Shown here: piece by piece, positions 1-7,477 of the stretch
Layout of the letters: every line of letters starts with the position of its first letter
Numbering within the stretch: position 1 is the stretch's first letter
The notes under the pieces: generated by a model
What the model was told of the DNA's origin: nothing
The model's input: the letters and a program-made list of their open reading frames with translations, nothing else
Database searches by the model: none
Source of the DNA: Pedosphaera sp.
GTDB taxonomy: Bacteria > Verrucomicrobiota > Verrucomicrobiia > Limisphaerales > SIBH01
Reading direction: 5' to 3'
Assembly: GCA_031414955.1 (NCBI GenBank)
Contig: JANOQV010000261.1
Coordinates: forward strand, 1-11,931
Length of the DNA: 11,931 nt
Translations under genes and position numbers: made by a program

Positions 1-1293
1 CCACTGCGTGGGTTCGGCCGGGTGGGCCCCCCCGCGCTGGCGCGGGTTCCGCCACACCGCGGCCCGTTGCGCACACCGCGCCCCACCATGTCCGTCAGTT
101 CTTCGGTGCTCTCCATTCGCAGCGCGGCACGGCGGCGGAGGCGCAGCGTGGCTACGGTGGCGTTGCTGGCGAGCGGGGTGTTTCTAATCGCGTCGATTGG
201 CGCGTTCCGGCTGGATGCGGACGCCAACGCGTGGAAACGCAGTTCGGGCACGGGCGGCTTCGCGCTGATTGGTGAGAGCACGCTGCCCATCGTGAAAGAT
301 CTGAACACTAAAGAAGGCCGCGATGCACTGGGACTGAACGAGAAGATTTTGAAGGACGTGAAATTCGTCCCGTTCCGCGTGCGCGATGGTGATGATGCGA
401 GTTGCCTGAATTTGAACCGCGCGCAGCAGCCGAGATTGTTGGGGGTGAAGACTGATTCAATGCCCTATGACGCGTTCTCATTTGCCAGCCTTTTGGATGG
501 CGCTTGGGCAAAAACTTCGCAGTGGAGCATCCTGAGTCGCAGCAGTGTTCCGGATCGCATCGCGCTGGATGAAAACGAAGTCGCCGCTTACGGCGACGCC
601 GCGTCCATCCAATGGGCGCTGCACAAAAAAATCGGCGACACGCTCGCGTATCGTGACGAGCGGGGGAACGACTTCGACGTGCGGCTCGTCGGCGGGCTGG
701 CGAATTCCATCCTGCAAGGTTCGCTCATCATCGACGAGGCGGAGTTCACGCGGCGTTTTCCCGGCGTGAGCGGCTATCGAATGTTCCTCATCGACGGCCC
801 GTCGAACGCCCTGCCGCAGGTCAGCGCGGAGTTGACGCGCGCGTTGCAGGATTACGGATTTGAAGTGACGCCGGCGGCGCAGCGGCTCGCGGCGTTCAAT
901 GCGGTGCAGAACACGTATCTCAGCACGTTCCAGGTGCTCGGCGGGCTGGGACTGCTGCTGGGCAGCGCAGGCCTGGGCATCGTGGTGTTGCGGAATGTGC
1001 TGGAGCGGCGCGGCGAACTGGCGCTGCTCATCGCGGTGGGCTTCCGTCGTGGTCGCGTGCAGAAGCTCGTGCTGGCGGAACACGCGGCGCTGCTCGGCCT
1101 GGGACTGATCATCGGCGTCGGATCGGCGCTGGTGGCGATTTTGCCGAGCCTGCTCTCGCCGCGCGGCGAACTGCCGGTGATGTCGCTGTCGCTCACGCTG
1201 GGCGGCGTGCTGTTGTTTGGATTGATTTCGACCTGGCTGGCCACGCGTGTGGCGGTGCGGGGAAATTTGTTGGAAGGATTGAGAAATGAATGA
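1..1293 (+). CDS. ABC transporter permease, FtsX/MacB-like family (5'-truncated; C-terminal half)
   Basis: Frame is open from base 1 to TGA at 1291-1293. 'RSAARRRRRSVATVALL' TM start, large periplasmic loop, then FtsX-type C-terminal motif 'LRNVLERRGELALLIAVGFRRGRVQKLVLAE' with further TM helices. Confidence 0.88.
   Translation, partial: PLRGFGRVGPPALARVPPHRGPLRTPRPTMSVSSSVLSIRSAARRRRRSVATVALLASGVFLIASIGAFRLDADANAWKRSSGTGGFALIGESTLPIVKDLNTKEGRDALGLNEKILKDVKFVPFRVRDGDDASCLNLNRAQQPRLLGVKTDSMPYDAFSFASLLDGAWAKTSQWSILSRSSVPDRIALDENEVAAYGDAASIQWALHKKIGDTLAYRDERGNDFDVRLVGGLANSILQGSLIIDEAEFTRRFPGVSGYRMFLIDGPSNALPQVSAELTRALQDYGFEVTPAAQRLAAFNAVQNTYLSTFQVLGGLGLLLGSAGLGIVVLRNVLERRGELALLIAVGFRRGRVQKLVLAEHAALLGLGLIIGVGSALVAILPSLLSPRGELPVMSLSLTLGGVLLFGLISTWLATRVAVRGNLLEGLRNE
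21..87. repeat. Degenerate REP/REPIN-like palindromic element within the permease frame
   Basis: GGTGGG (21-26) and CCCACC (82-87) form inverted ends. Internal hairpin CCCGCGC-TG-GCGCGGG (31-46); CACACCGCG occurs twice (53-61, 72-80). The translation is atypically Pro/Arg-rich. Confidence 0.35.
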
Positions 1294-2062
1294 ACTGAAG
1301 ATGAAAGCTCCAAGCTCCAAGCTCCAAGCTCCAAGGAAGCTCCAAATTCCAAGCTCCAATCACGAGGGGGTGTTTCGTGCGACACTGCGCCGTTCATGGC
1401 TGCAGGCGCGTTTGGCGCTTGGTGCTTGGTGTTTCTCTGGAGCTTGGTGCTTGGTGCTTGGTGCTTTGCTCGGCACTACCGCGCATGCGGCCGCCCTCTA
1501 CCAAAACAATTTCACCACCAACGCCGTCGGCAAGCTGCCGGAGGAGATGCTGCTGCTCGATGGCGGCTTCACCGTGCAGGAGGTCGCGGGCAACAAAGTG
1601 CTCCAGCTTCCCGGTGCGCCGCTAGAGACGTTCGGCGTGCTGTTCGGACCCACGGAGGCGTCCGGGCTTTCGTTGAGCGCGCGCGTTCACAGCACGAAAA
1701 AGGGGCGGCGCGAGCCGGCCTTCGCACTCGGGTTGAACGGCAACGCGGGCTATAAGCTGCAAATCTCCGCCGCGAAGAAACTCGTGGAGCTTTACAAGGG
1801 CGACGACGTGATCGCGAAGGAGCCGTTCACCTGGGAATCCGATTCGTGGACGATGCTCAAGCTGCAAGTGCGCAAGGTGAAGGACGGCGAGTTTGCCATC
1901 GAAGGCAAGGCGTGGAAGCAAGGCACGCCCGAGCCGGACAAATGGACCGTGACCTTCGCCGAAAAGTCCGATCCGATCGCCGGCCGCGCCTCCATCTGGG
2001 GCAACCCCTTCGCCGGCACGCCGATTGATTTCGACGATCTAGCCGTGAGCCCGGTCAAGTAG
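1286..2062 (+). CDS. Secreted hypothetical protein, probable beta-sandwich (ConA/lectin-like) domain; N-terminus encoded by a heptamer repeat
   Basis: ATG overlaps the permease stop (ATGAATGA); alternative ATG at 1301. Signal-peptide-like end 'LVLGALLGTTAHA|A'. Mature region is beta-strand rich with high-GC3 codon usage and ends 'IDFDDLAV'. The fold is an inference. Confidence 0.8.
   Translation: MNELKMKAPSSKLQAPRKLQIPSSNHEGVFRATLRRSWLQARLALGAWCFSGAWCLVLGALLGTTAHAAALYQNNFTTNAVGKLPEEMLLLDGGFTVQEVAGNKVLQLPGAPLETFGVLFGPTEASGLSLSARVHSTKKGRREPAFALGLNGNAGYKLQISAAKKLVELYKGDDVIAKEPFTWESDSWTMLKLQVRKVKDGEFAIEGKAWKQGTPEPDKWTVTFAEKSDPIAGRASIWGNPFAGTPIDFDDLAVSPVK
1304..1467. repeat. Inverted heptamer-array element (56-bp arms, 52-bp spacer)
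   Basis: Left arm 1304-1359: AAA-(GCTCCAA)x4-GGAA-GCTCCAA-ATTCCAA-GCTCCAA. Right arm 1412-1467: TTGGCGC-TTGGTGC-TTGGTGT-TTCT-CTGGAGC-(TTGGTGC)x3-TTT. 45/56 positions are complementary by hand count. Confidence 0.95.
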
Positions 2063-2063
2063 A

Positions 2064-3440
2064 TCAGGCCTCAATAACTTTTCCCGGCTGCGGCTGGTGA
2101 ATCTTGATCTTCGGCCAGCGAGCGCGGATTTGTTCCTCGAACCACGCCCGGGCGGGCGCATCCCCGTGGCCGAGAATGACGGTGCGCGGATTCACGTCGC
2201 CGACAAAATCGAGCAACTCCTCGCGGTTGGCGTGGGCGCTCAGATCGAAGTCTTCCACCTGGCAACTCTTGGTTGTCTCGCCGGCGCTGGCGCTGAAGAC
2301 AAAGGTGTCGCCGTGCTTCGCGGCTTTGAGCCGGCCGCCGGGACTGCCCGGGTCCGCGTAGCCGACGAAGAAGATGGCGTGCTTCTTGTCACCCATCATG
2401 CGGACGGCCAGATCATGCGCGGGCGTTTTCTCGGTCATCATGCCGGCGGTGACCACGAAGATGCGGCGGCTGTTGAGCTTCATGCTCTCGATGGTGTTCT
2501 TGTCGAGCACGGTGAGTTCGAGGGCTTCGTTCAGGCGCAGGTTGGTCAGGTTGCGGTGGGTGCGGTGCGCCTCGAGGTCGTAGATTTCCGTGAACACCCG
2601 GCCCAGGCCACCAATGTAGATCGGCTGCCGCTTCAATTTGCCGGCCTTCATCAGCAGCGCCAGCATGGCGAGGATCTCCTGCGTGCGGCCGAGCGCGAAG
2701 ACGGGAATCATCACCGAGCCGCCGCGTTCCAAGGCCTGCTTGATGGCCATGCCGAGCCGCTCGATTTCCGCTTCGCGCGTGAAGTTGGGCTTGGGCGTCA
2801 TCGCGCCGCGGGTGGTTTCCATGATGAACACGTCGGCCTGCACATCTTCAAAGCGCGCGGCCTTGAGGATGGTTTGATCGTGGAAGCAGACATCGCCGGT
2901 GTAGAAGACGGTCTGAGTCTTGCCGCGGACCATGATGCCAGCCGCACCGAGCGCGTGCCCGGCGTCGTAGAATTCCAGCGTGGGTGACGGCAGGCCGGCG
3001 CGCGATTTGTGGAAGGCCGCCCACTCAATCTCACGGTTGCACTTGTAGGCCTGGAAAGTGGGGGCGATGTCGTCCACCTCGTCGTGGGTGTAGAGCGGGT
3101 ATTCCTTGATGCCGAGTTCCTCGCGCTGGCGGGTCATCACATTCACGGAATTGTGCAGCACGCGCTCGACGATGAAATAGCTCAGGTCGGTCATGAACAC
3201 ATGCGCCTTCGGGAAGTGGCGCATGGCCACGGGCAGCGAGCCGACGTGATCATGGTGGCAGTGGGAAAGGGCGATGGCGTCCACTTCCTCCTTCTCGATG
3301 GCTTGGTAGAGCGGGAGGCTTTCGCGACCGTCGAGCTTCGGATGCACGCCGGCGTCCATGAGCAGGCGGTGCCCGTCGATTTCCACGAACCAGGCGCTGG
3401 CGCCGATGTCCGTATCCGGATTCAGGTTGATGACTTTCAT
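2064..3440 (-). CDS. Metallo-beta-lactamase/beta-CASP ribonuclease (CPSF73/Ysh1-like bacterial family)
   Basis: Motifs LMDAG, SHCHHDH (HxHxDH), AGHALG, YTGD, METT, PVFALGRTQE, GMM, FVGY, SAHA and GHG; His at the last motif is typical of RNA-acting members. Start ATG 3440 (MKVINL) preferred over the longer ORF. Confidence 0.92.
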   Translation of the reverse strand: MKVINLNPDTDIGASAWFVEIDGHRLLMDAGVHPKLDGRESLPLYQAIEKEEVDAIALSHCHHDHVGSLPVAMRHFPKAHVFMTDLSYFIVERVLHNSVNVMTRQREELGIKEYPLYTHDEVDDIAPTFQAYKCNREIEWAAFHKSRAGLPSPTLEFYDAGHALGAAGIMVRGKTQTVFYTGDVCFHDQTILKAARFEDVQADVFIMETTRGAMTPKPNFTREAEIERLGMAIKQALERGGSVMIPVFALGRTQEILAMLALLMKAGKLKRQPIYIGGLGRVFTEIYDLEAHRTHRNLTNLRLNEALELTVLDKNTIESMKLNSRRIFVVTAGMMTEKTPAHDLAVRMMGDKKHAIFFVGYADPGSPGGRLKAAKHGDTFVFSASAGETTKSCQVEDFDLSAHANREELLDFVGDVNPRTVILGHGDAPARAWFEEQIRARWPKIKIHQPQPGKVIEA

Positions 3441-3554
3441 AGGTGACAGTTTTTCATCCGCAACTTTCCGCCCCACCCTCTGTTGAAAGAGACGTGCAGG
3501 GCAACGCTCGATTTTGACCGGCAACTATTTTTGAACAGAGCCGGACAAATCGCG

Positions 3555-3713
3555 TCATACCTTGCGTAACGCTTCCACGATAGGAGGGGGCAACAAAGCG
3601 GGACTGCTTCGGCATCCTCCCGTGACTGTCTGCAACTCCAGTCGTGGAGCGCAAAGGGGGTACGTTTGGTTGTTTGGGTTGGCCGGGCGCTCGCAAGAGC
3701 GCCCGGTTTTATT
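3555..3713 (+). ncRNA. Candidate structured small RNA
   Basis: Long irregular hairpin: 3571-3581 pairs with 3641-3650, GGAG 3583-3586 with CTCC 3636-3639, apical TGC-TTCG-GCA at 3605-3614. Followed by a + strand intrinsic terminator although both flanking genes are on the - strand. The 5' end is approximate. Confidence 0.5.
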
Positions 3714-3714
3714 T
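3682..3714 (+). terminator. Rho-independent terminator
   Basis: GCCGGGCGCTC-GCAA-GAGCGCCCGGT stem-loop (GNRA loop) followed by TTTATTT. The U-tract is present only on the + strand. Confidence 0.8.
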
Positions 3715-3724
3715 CTGAGCGGGC

Positions 3725-4450
3725 TTACTTGGCCCCCGCACCGCTGAACATCTTCATCATCGCCGCCTGCATGAGCGCCTGGGCGTTGGGATATTTGGTA
3801 TGGCCGGCCGGGGCCTCGAACAATGAGGCGGACGGCTTCTCCAGCGTTGGCACCTCAAATTTTACAATCACCGTGTTCGCTCGCTGCGTCATCTGCATCT
3901 GGATGGGGAACTTCTTCAAATCGGTGGCCTGCCAGACGAAGGCTTCCTGCGGGCGACCCTTTGCGTCGGTGGAGAAAAGCTTCACCTTCACGCACGGATG
4001 GCCGTCGATGGTCTCCTTGCCCACCTCGGTCGATTCCACCTTCGAGTCCGCCGCCTCGCTCTCGGAAAAGGGCATTTCGGCGTAGGCTTGCGCCCCAGGA
4101 TAACAGAGGAGCGTGGCCTTCTTGTCCGCGCGGACGATGGTGATCATTTTGTCCATGCCCGCCTGCTTCATCATGGCGGCAGCTTCGGCCGGCATCTGCG
4201 CGGACTTGGTTTGGCTCAGATCCATCTCGGCGCGCAGTTTGTCGTCCAGCAGCGACATGGTCATGGGCAACGTCGCGACTTCCTTCTGCTCCTTGTCGAG
4301 CACGCGGGCCTCGGCCTTGGCGGTGAAAGCCTTGGTGTCGCCAAATAACTTGAGCATGGCCGCGTTGATACCGGAGTTGGGCGCGCCCAACTGGGCCGAG
4401 GCGGTCCAGGAAAAAGCGGCCAGGAAAAGGGCGGTCAAAATACGTTTCAT
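3725..4450 (-). CDS. Secreted hypothetical protein, DUF4412-like
   Basis: Signal peptide MKRILTALFLAAFSWTASA; motifs 'GKETIDGHPC.K', 'VWQATDLKKFPIQ' and 'SLFEAPAGHTK' resemble DUF4412/LolA-like proteins. Start ATG 4450. Confidence 0.8.
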   Translation of the reverse strand: MKRILTALFLAAFSWTASAQLGAPNSGINAAMLKLFGDTKAFTAKAEARVLDKEQKEVATLPMTMSLLDDKLRAEMDLSQTKSAQMPAEAAAMMKQAGMDKMITIVRADKKATLLCYPGAQAYAEMPFSESEAADSKVESTEVGKETIDGHPCVKVKLFSTDAKGRPQEAFVWQATDLKKFPIQMQMTQRANTVIVKFEVPTLEKPSASLFEAPAGHTKYPNAQALMQAAMMKMFSGAGAK

Positions 4451-4480
4451 GTGATGATCTTTGGTTAATTGAACTCGCGG

Positions 4481-4486
4481 ATTATA
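4481..4486 (-). promoter_or_regulatory. Sigma70 -10 box upstream of the DUF4412-like gene
   Basis: Perfect TATAAT on the - strand, 30 nt upstream of ATG 4450, in a GC-rich context; -35 is poor. Confidence 0.5.
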
Positions 4487-4558
4487 CCCAAGCGTCGGCC
4501 CGGAACGAGAACTGTTTTTACGCCCTGGCGGGGATGCGGCACCGGCCGCCGGCACGGC

Positions 4559-6466
4559 TTATTTGGCGGCGCTCGACCGAGTCGCCGCCACCGGGCGAGT
4601 GGTGATGTTCAGGCGCGGCGCAAGTTTCATTCCCTCACCGAGATAAAAGCCCGGATGAGGCGGCTGGTTGTAGCCGACGTTTTGCCAGGCGATGGCCAGA
4701 CGATACTGCGGGTCGTGCATCAAAGTGTTGAGACGGTTGGTCGTGGGAATCGTCGTGGTGTAGACCCTCAACTCCTTGCTGTCCGGCGTGCGAAAGATCA
4801 CTTCCTCGCGCCAGTCTCCGAAGAGGTCGCCCGAGAGAATCGGCGTCGCTTTGCTGCCATTGATGGAGGTCGCGCCTTCCACGATGAGCAGCGGTTCGAG
4901 CGTGGCATTGGTCCAATTCCATTTCGAGATGCGGTTGCGGTCGAGAATTTCGCGAAGCAGATCACCGTCCCACCAGATGGCAAAGTTTGCCGAACGCGGC
5001 GCCGGCCCAACACGCTCGCCTCGGCTGGTGCGTAAGCCAGCAGGTCCGCTCCACATCTCCGCGCCGGAATGGCGAGGATCAATATCCGCCGTCAGCCCGC
5101 GCCCAACATCCGCATCGGGTCCGTCGCTCCAAATAATTTTGCCGCTGCTCGCGTCATAGCAGGCGGTGCCCGGCGTGCCGAACTTGCGTTCCTCATTCTC
5201 GTGAATGCCAAACACTTCGAGTCCGGGCCGCGCCGGATCAAAGTCGCCGACGTGGAGCGCGTCGCCATGACGGAGTCCGGTGCTGAAGCGGCCCGTACCG
5301 TCGGAATTCACGACCATGGAGTGATAAATGATTTCGTCCCGGCCATCTCCGTCCACGTCGGCCACGCTGACGGAGTGCGCGCCCTGGCCGGAGTAGGGAT
5401 TGTCCCGATGCTTTGAGTCGAAGACCCAGCGCTGGGTCAGCTTCCCGTCGCGCCAGTCCCACGCGGCGAGGACACTGCGGCCGTAATAGCCGCGGCACAT
5501 GACCACGCTCGGGCGGACGCCATCGAGATAGGCAATACAGGCTAGGAAGCGATCCACGCGATTGCCCGTGTTGTCGTTGCCGCCGTTGCCGCCGTTGCCG
5601 CCCCAGCCGCCAAGGTCGCCGCGATCTGGAACGTAATTCGTGGTCGCCAGCGCCGCGCCGGTGCGCCCGTCGAAGATGGTGAAATACTCCGGCCCCTTCA
5701 GCACGCGGCCGAAGGTGCGCGAGCCTGGCTGCTGGTCACGCCAGTCGGCGTTTGCATCGCCTATGATTTTGCCTTTGCCATCCAAGGTGCCGTCCGCCGT
5801 CTTGACCGCAATCTCGGCGATGCCGTCTCCGTCGAGATCATAAACCATGAACTGCGTGTAGTGCGCGCCCTCGCGGATATTTTTCCCGAGGTTGATCGCC
5901 CAAAGCAACGTGCCGTCGAGCTTGTAGGCTTGGAGAATTGTTTCGCCAGTGAGTCCGGTGGAAGCCGTGTCGCGCGGGCGTTGCTCACCCTTCAAAATAA
6001 TTTCATATTCACCATCGCCGTCGAGGTCGCCCACCGAGCCGTCATTGGCTGAATAACCCGGCGGCAGTTGCAGCGGGAGGGATAAATAAGCTCGCGCCGG
6101 CGCGCTCGCCGCGATCCGGAAGGGCGCGCTGGGGGCCAATTCCCCGGCCGGCCACACCGCGCGGACGAAGTAACTCACCGGCTGTTCCAGTTTCACCGCC
6201 TGGTCCTGGAAGCACGTCGCGTTCGTGATCGGATCCTGGTTCAGCTTCACCGCCTCACCAGCGCCGTTCGTGCGATAGAGGTTGAAGGCCAGCCCCTCCG
6301 GCTCCGTGCCCAGCAGCCGCCACGACACAAAAACTTTTCCGCCACCCTGATGAATCGCCACCAGGCCGCGTCCGAGATGCTCCATCTGGCGCTGTGCAGA
6401 TAGCGGACGCGGGAGTCCAAGCACGAGCAGCAGGAGCCACCACGGGAGGAGCCGGGGAAAATTCAT
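4559..6466 (-). CDS. Rhamnogalacturonan lyase, polysaccharide lyase family 11 (YesW/YesX-like)
   Basis: Signal peptide, then 'RQMEHLGRGLVA', 'VFVSWRLLG', 'YSANDGSVGDLDGDGEYEII', 'NIREGAHYTQFMVYDLDGDG', 'GNRVDRFLA', 'RGYY', 'HGDALH', 'GDWREE', 'LMHDPQYR', 'WQNVGYNQPPH'. Start 6466 (alternative 6478). Confidence 0.95.
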   Translation of the reverse strand: MNFPRLLPWWLLLLVLGLPRPLSAQRQMEHLGRGLVAIHQGGGKVFVSWRLLGTEPEGLAFNLYRTNGAGEAVKLNQDPITNATCFQDQAVKLEQPVSYFVRAVWPAGELAPSAPFRIAASAPARAYLSLPLQLPPGYSANDGSVGDLDGDGEYEIILKGEQRPRDTASTGLTGETILQAYKLDGTLLWAINLGKNIREGAHYTQFMVYDLDGDGIAEIAVKTADGTLDGKGKIIGDANADWRDQQPGSRTFGRVLKGPEYFTIFDGRTGAALATTNYVPDRGDLGGWGGNGGNGGNDNTGNRVDRFLACIAYLDGVRPSVVMCRGYYGRSVLAAWDWRDGKLTQRWVFDSKHRDNPYSGQGAHSVSVADVDGDGRDEIIYHSMVVNSDGTGRFSTGLRHGDALHVGDFDPARPGLEVFGIHENEERKFGTPGTACYDASSGKIIWSDGPDADVGRGLTADIDPRHSGAEMWSGPAGLRTSRGERVGPAPRSANFAIWWDGDLLREILDRNRISKWNWTNATLEPLLIVEGATSINGSKATPILSGDLFGDWREEVIFRTPDSKELRVYTTTIPTTNRLNTLMHDPQYRLAIAWQNVGYNQPPHPGFYLGEGMKLAPRLNITTRPVAATRSSAAK

Positions 6467-6478
6467 GGTGAGAGTCAT

Positions 6479-6509
6479 AAAAAAGCGCGGACGGCTTCGT
6501 CCGCGCTTT
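6479..6509 (-). terminator. Rho-independent terminator after the Spy/CpxP-like gene
   Basis: Perfect 12-bp stem AAAGCGCGGACG / CGTCCGCGCTTT with a 4-nt loop; 6-T run on the - strand; 18 nt after the stop. Confidence 0.85.
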
Positions 6510-6527
6510 GTGGCATGGTGCCGACGG

Positions 6528-7367
6528 TTACTGGCCTTGGTTGTCTCCACCGCGACGGCGTTGATTGGCGTTGCCAGGGTCGCCAGCAGGGCCGCCGCCA
6601 GGACCGCCGCCACCGGGACCGAAATTTCCGCGCCCGCCACGCCCGCCGCCACCCGCCGCCGGGTCTCCGCCATTAGGACCGCCCGGGCCAAAATTCCCAC
6701 GTCCGCCACCTTGCACCGCGCCTGGACCGCCCGTGAAATTGCCGCCGCCAAATCCCACCGCCGGGCTGATGATGCCGATGGCGATACGCGTGTTGCCTTC
6801 GAAGGCCTCGCGTTGCTCGGGCTTGAGCGTGGGGGAGACGACGGCGAAGGACTTGCCGTTCAAGGCCAGAATCTGCGCCTGAATCCGACCGATGGCATCG
6901 GCCTTTTCGCGCACCGTGCTCTCCTCGTATTTCTCGGCGACCACGACCTTCACATAATCCTTCTGCGCCTCGGCGAGTTTGTCGTTGAGCTTGCGCAACT
7001 CGTCGTTGCCGCCCTGCCGCGCCTCCTGCAGCAGTTCGCGCTGCTTGTCGTCGAAGTTGAAGTTGGAGGCCGGGCCGCCGCCATTGAACCCGCCGCCAAT
7101 ATTGTTGTTGTTGCCGCGCTGGAAATTATTGCCGCCTGCGCCCGGATCCTGCGGGTTGCCGCGACCGCCTTGGGGAATTCCGGGGTTGGCCTGCCGGCGA
7201 CCCTGCCGTCCGGTGTTGTCGGCTTGAACTGGAGCCGGAGCAGCTTGGACGGGAGTTGCTTGAGCCGGTTTGTCCGCCGGTTCATCCGCGGCCGTGGCGC
7301 TGTATCCCTGAAGCAAGCCGGCTGCGACGAGGGTGGCCAGCAGCCGGTTGAGGTTCCATGTGTTCAT
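6528..7367 (-). CDS. Periplasmic Spy/CpxP (LTXXQ)-like protein with Gly/Asn/Pro-rich disordered flanks
   Basis: Signal peptide MNTWNLNRLLATLVAAGLLQGYSATA; helical core bounded by 'FNFDDKQRELL' and 'TLKPEQREAF' (LTXXQ-like); low-complexity arms on both sides. Confidence 0.75.
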   Translation of the reverse strand: MNTWNLNRLLATLVAAGLLQGYSATAADEPADKPAQATPVQAAPAPVQADNTGRQGRRQANPGIPQGGRGNPQDPGAGGNNFQRGNNNNIGGGFNGGGPASNFNFDDKQRELLQEARQGGNDELRKLNDKLAEAQKDYVKVVVAEKYEESTVREKADAIGRIQAQILALNGKSFAVVSPTLKPEQREAFEGNTRIAIGIISPAVGFGGGNFTGGPGAVQGGGRGNFGPGGPNGGDPAAGGGGRGGRGNFGPGGGGPGGGPAGDPGNANQRRRGGDNQGQ

Positions 7368-7404
7368 AAATTTGTTCCCGCTGTGATTGTTCAACACCGA
7401 GGGA

Positions 7405-7430
7405 GACGCAGCCCGCGCAACCCGGTTACA
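7405..7430 (-). promoter_or_regulatory. ECF sigma-type promoter for the Spy/CpxP-like gene
   Basis: - strand TGTAAC-N16-CGTC, matching the general ECF AAC-N16-CGT consensus, 37 nt upstream of ATG 7367. Confidence 0.65.
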
Positions 7431-7440
7431 TCCACATGCC

Positions 7441-7466
7441 TGTAACCTTGCCCCGTCCCGTCCGCT
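7441..7466 (+). promoter_or_regulatory. Possible divergent ECF sigma-type promoter
   Basis: + strand TGTAAC-N16-CGCT, 11 nt upstream of ATG 7478. Confidence 0.4.
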
Positions 7467-7477
7467 CTGTCAGCCCG

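Noticed and set aside
478..1397. - strand ORFs starting in the heptamer repeat
   Set aside because: Antisense shadows of the permease; their N-termini are just the repeat read on the other strand.
1304..1467. Heptamer arrays as a CRISPR array
   Set aside because: Units are 7-bp tandem repeats without unique spacers, and there are no cas genes in the window.
2064..3440. beta-CASP nuclease as an anti-phage or beta-lactamase gene
   Set aside because: Motifs fit the housekeeping RNA-processing family; no signal peptide and no defence-gene neighbours.
3441..3524. Longer start for the beta-CASP RNase
   Set aside because: The MBL fold begins at MKVINL (3440); the extension looks non-coding.
5571..5611. 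GCCGCCGTT tandem repeat in the PL11 gene (GGNGGNGGND loop)
   Set aside because: Short in-frame Gly/Asn loop repeat, best explained as ordinary protein loop variation.
6467..6751. N-terminal extension of the PL11 ORF (730-aa call)
   Set aside because: It overlaps the Spy-like gene in another frame and crosses its terminator; the signal peptide begins at 6466.
6465..7445. 326-aa + strand ORF
   Set aside because: Antisense shadow of the GC-rich Spy-like gene, with no recognisable features.
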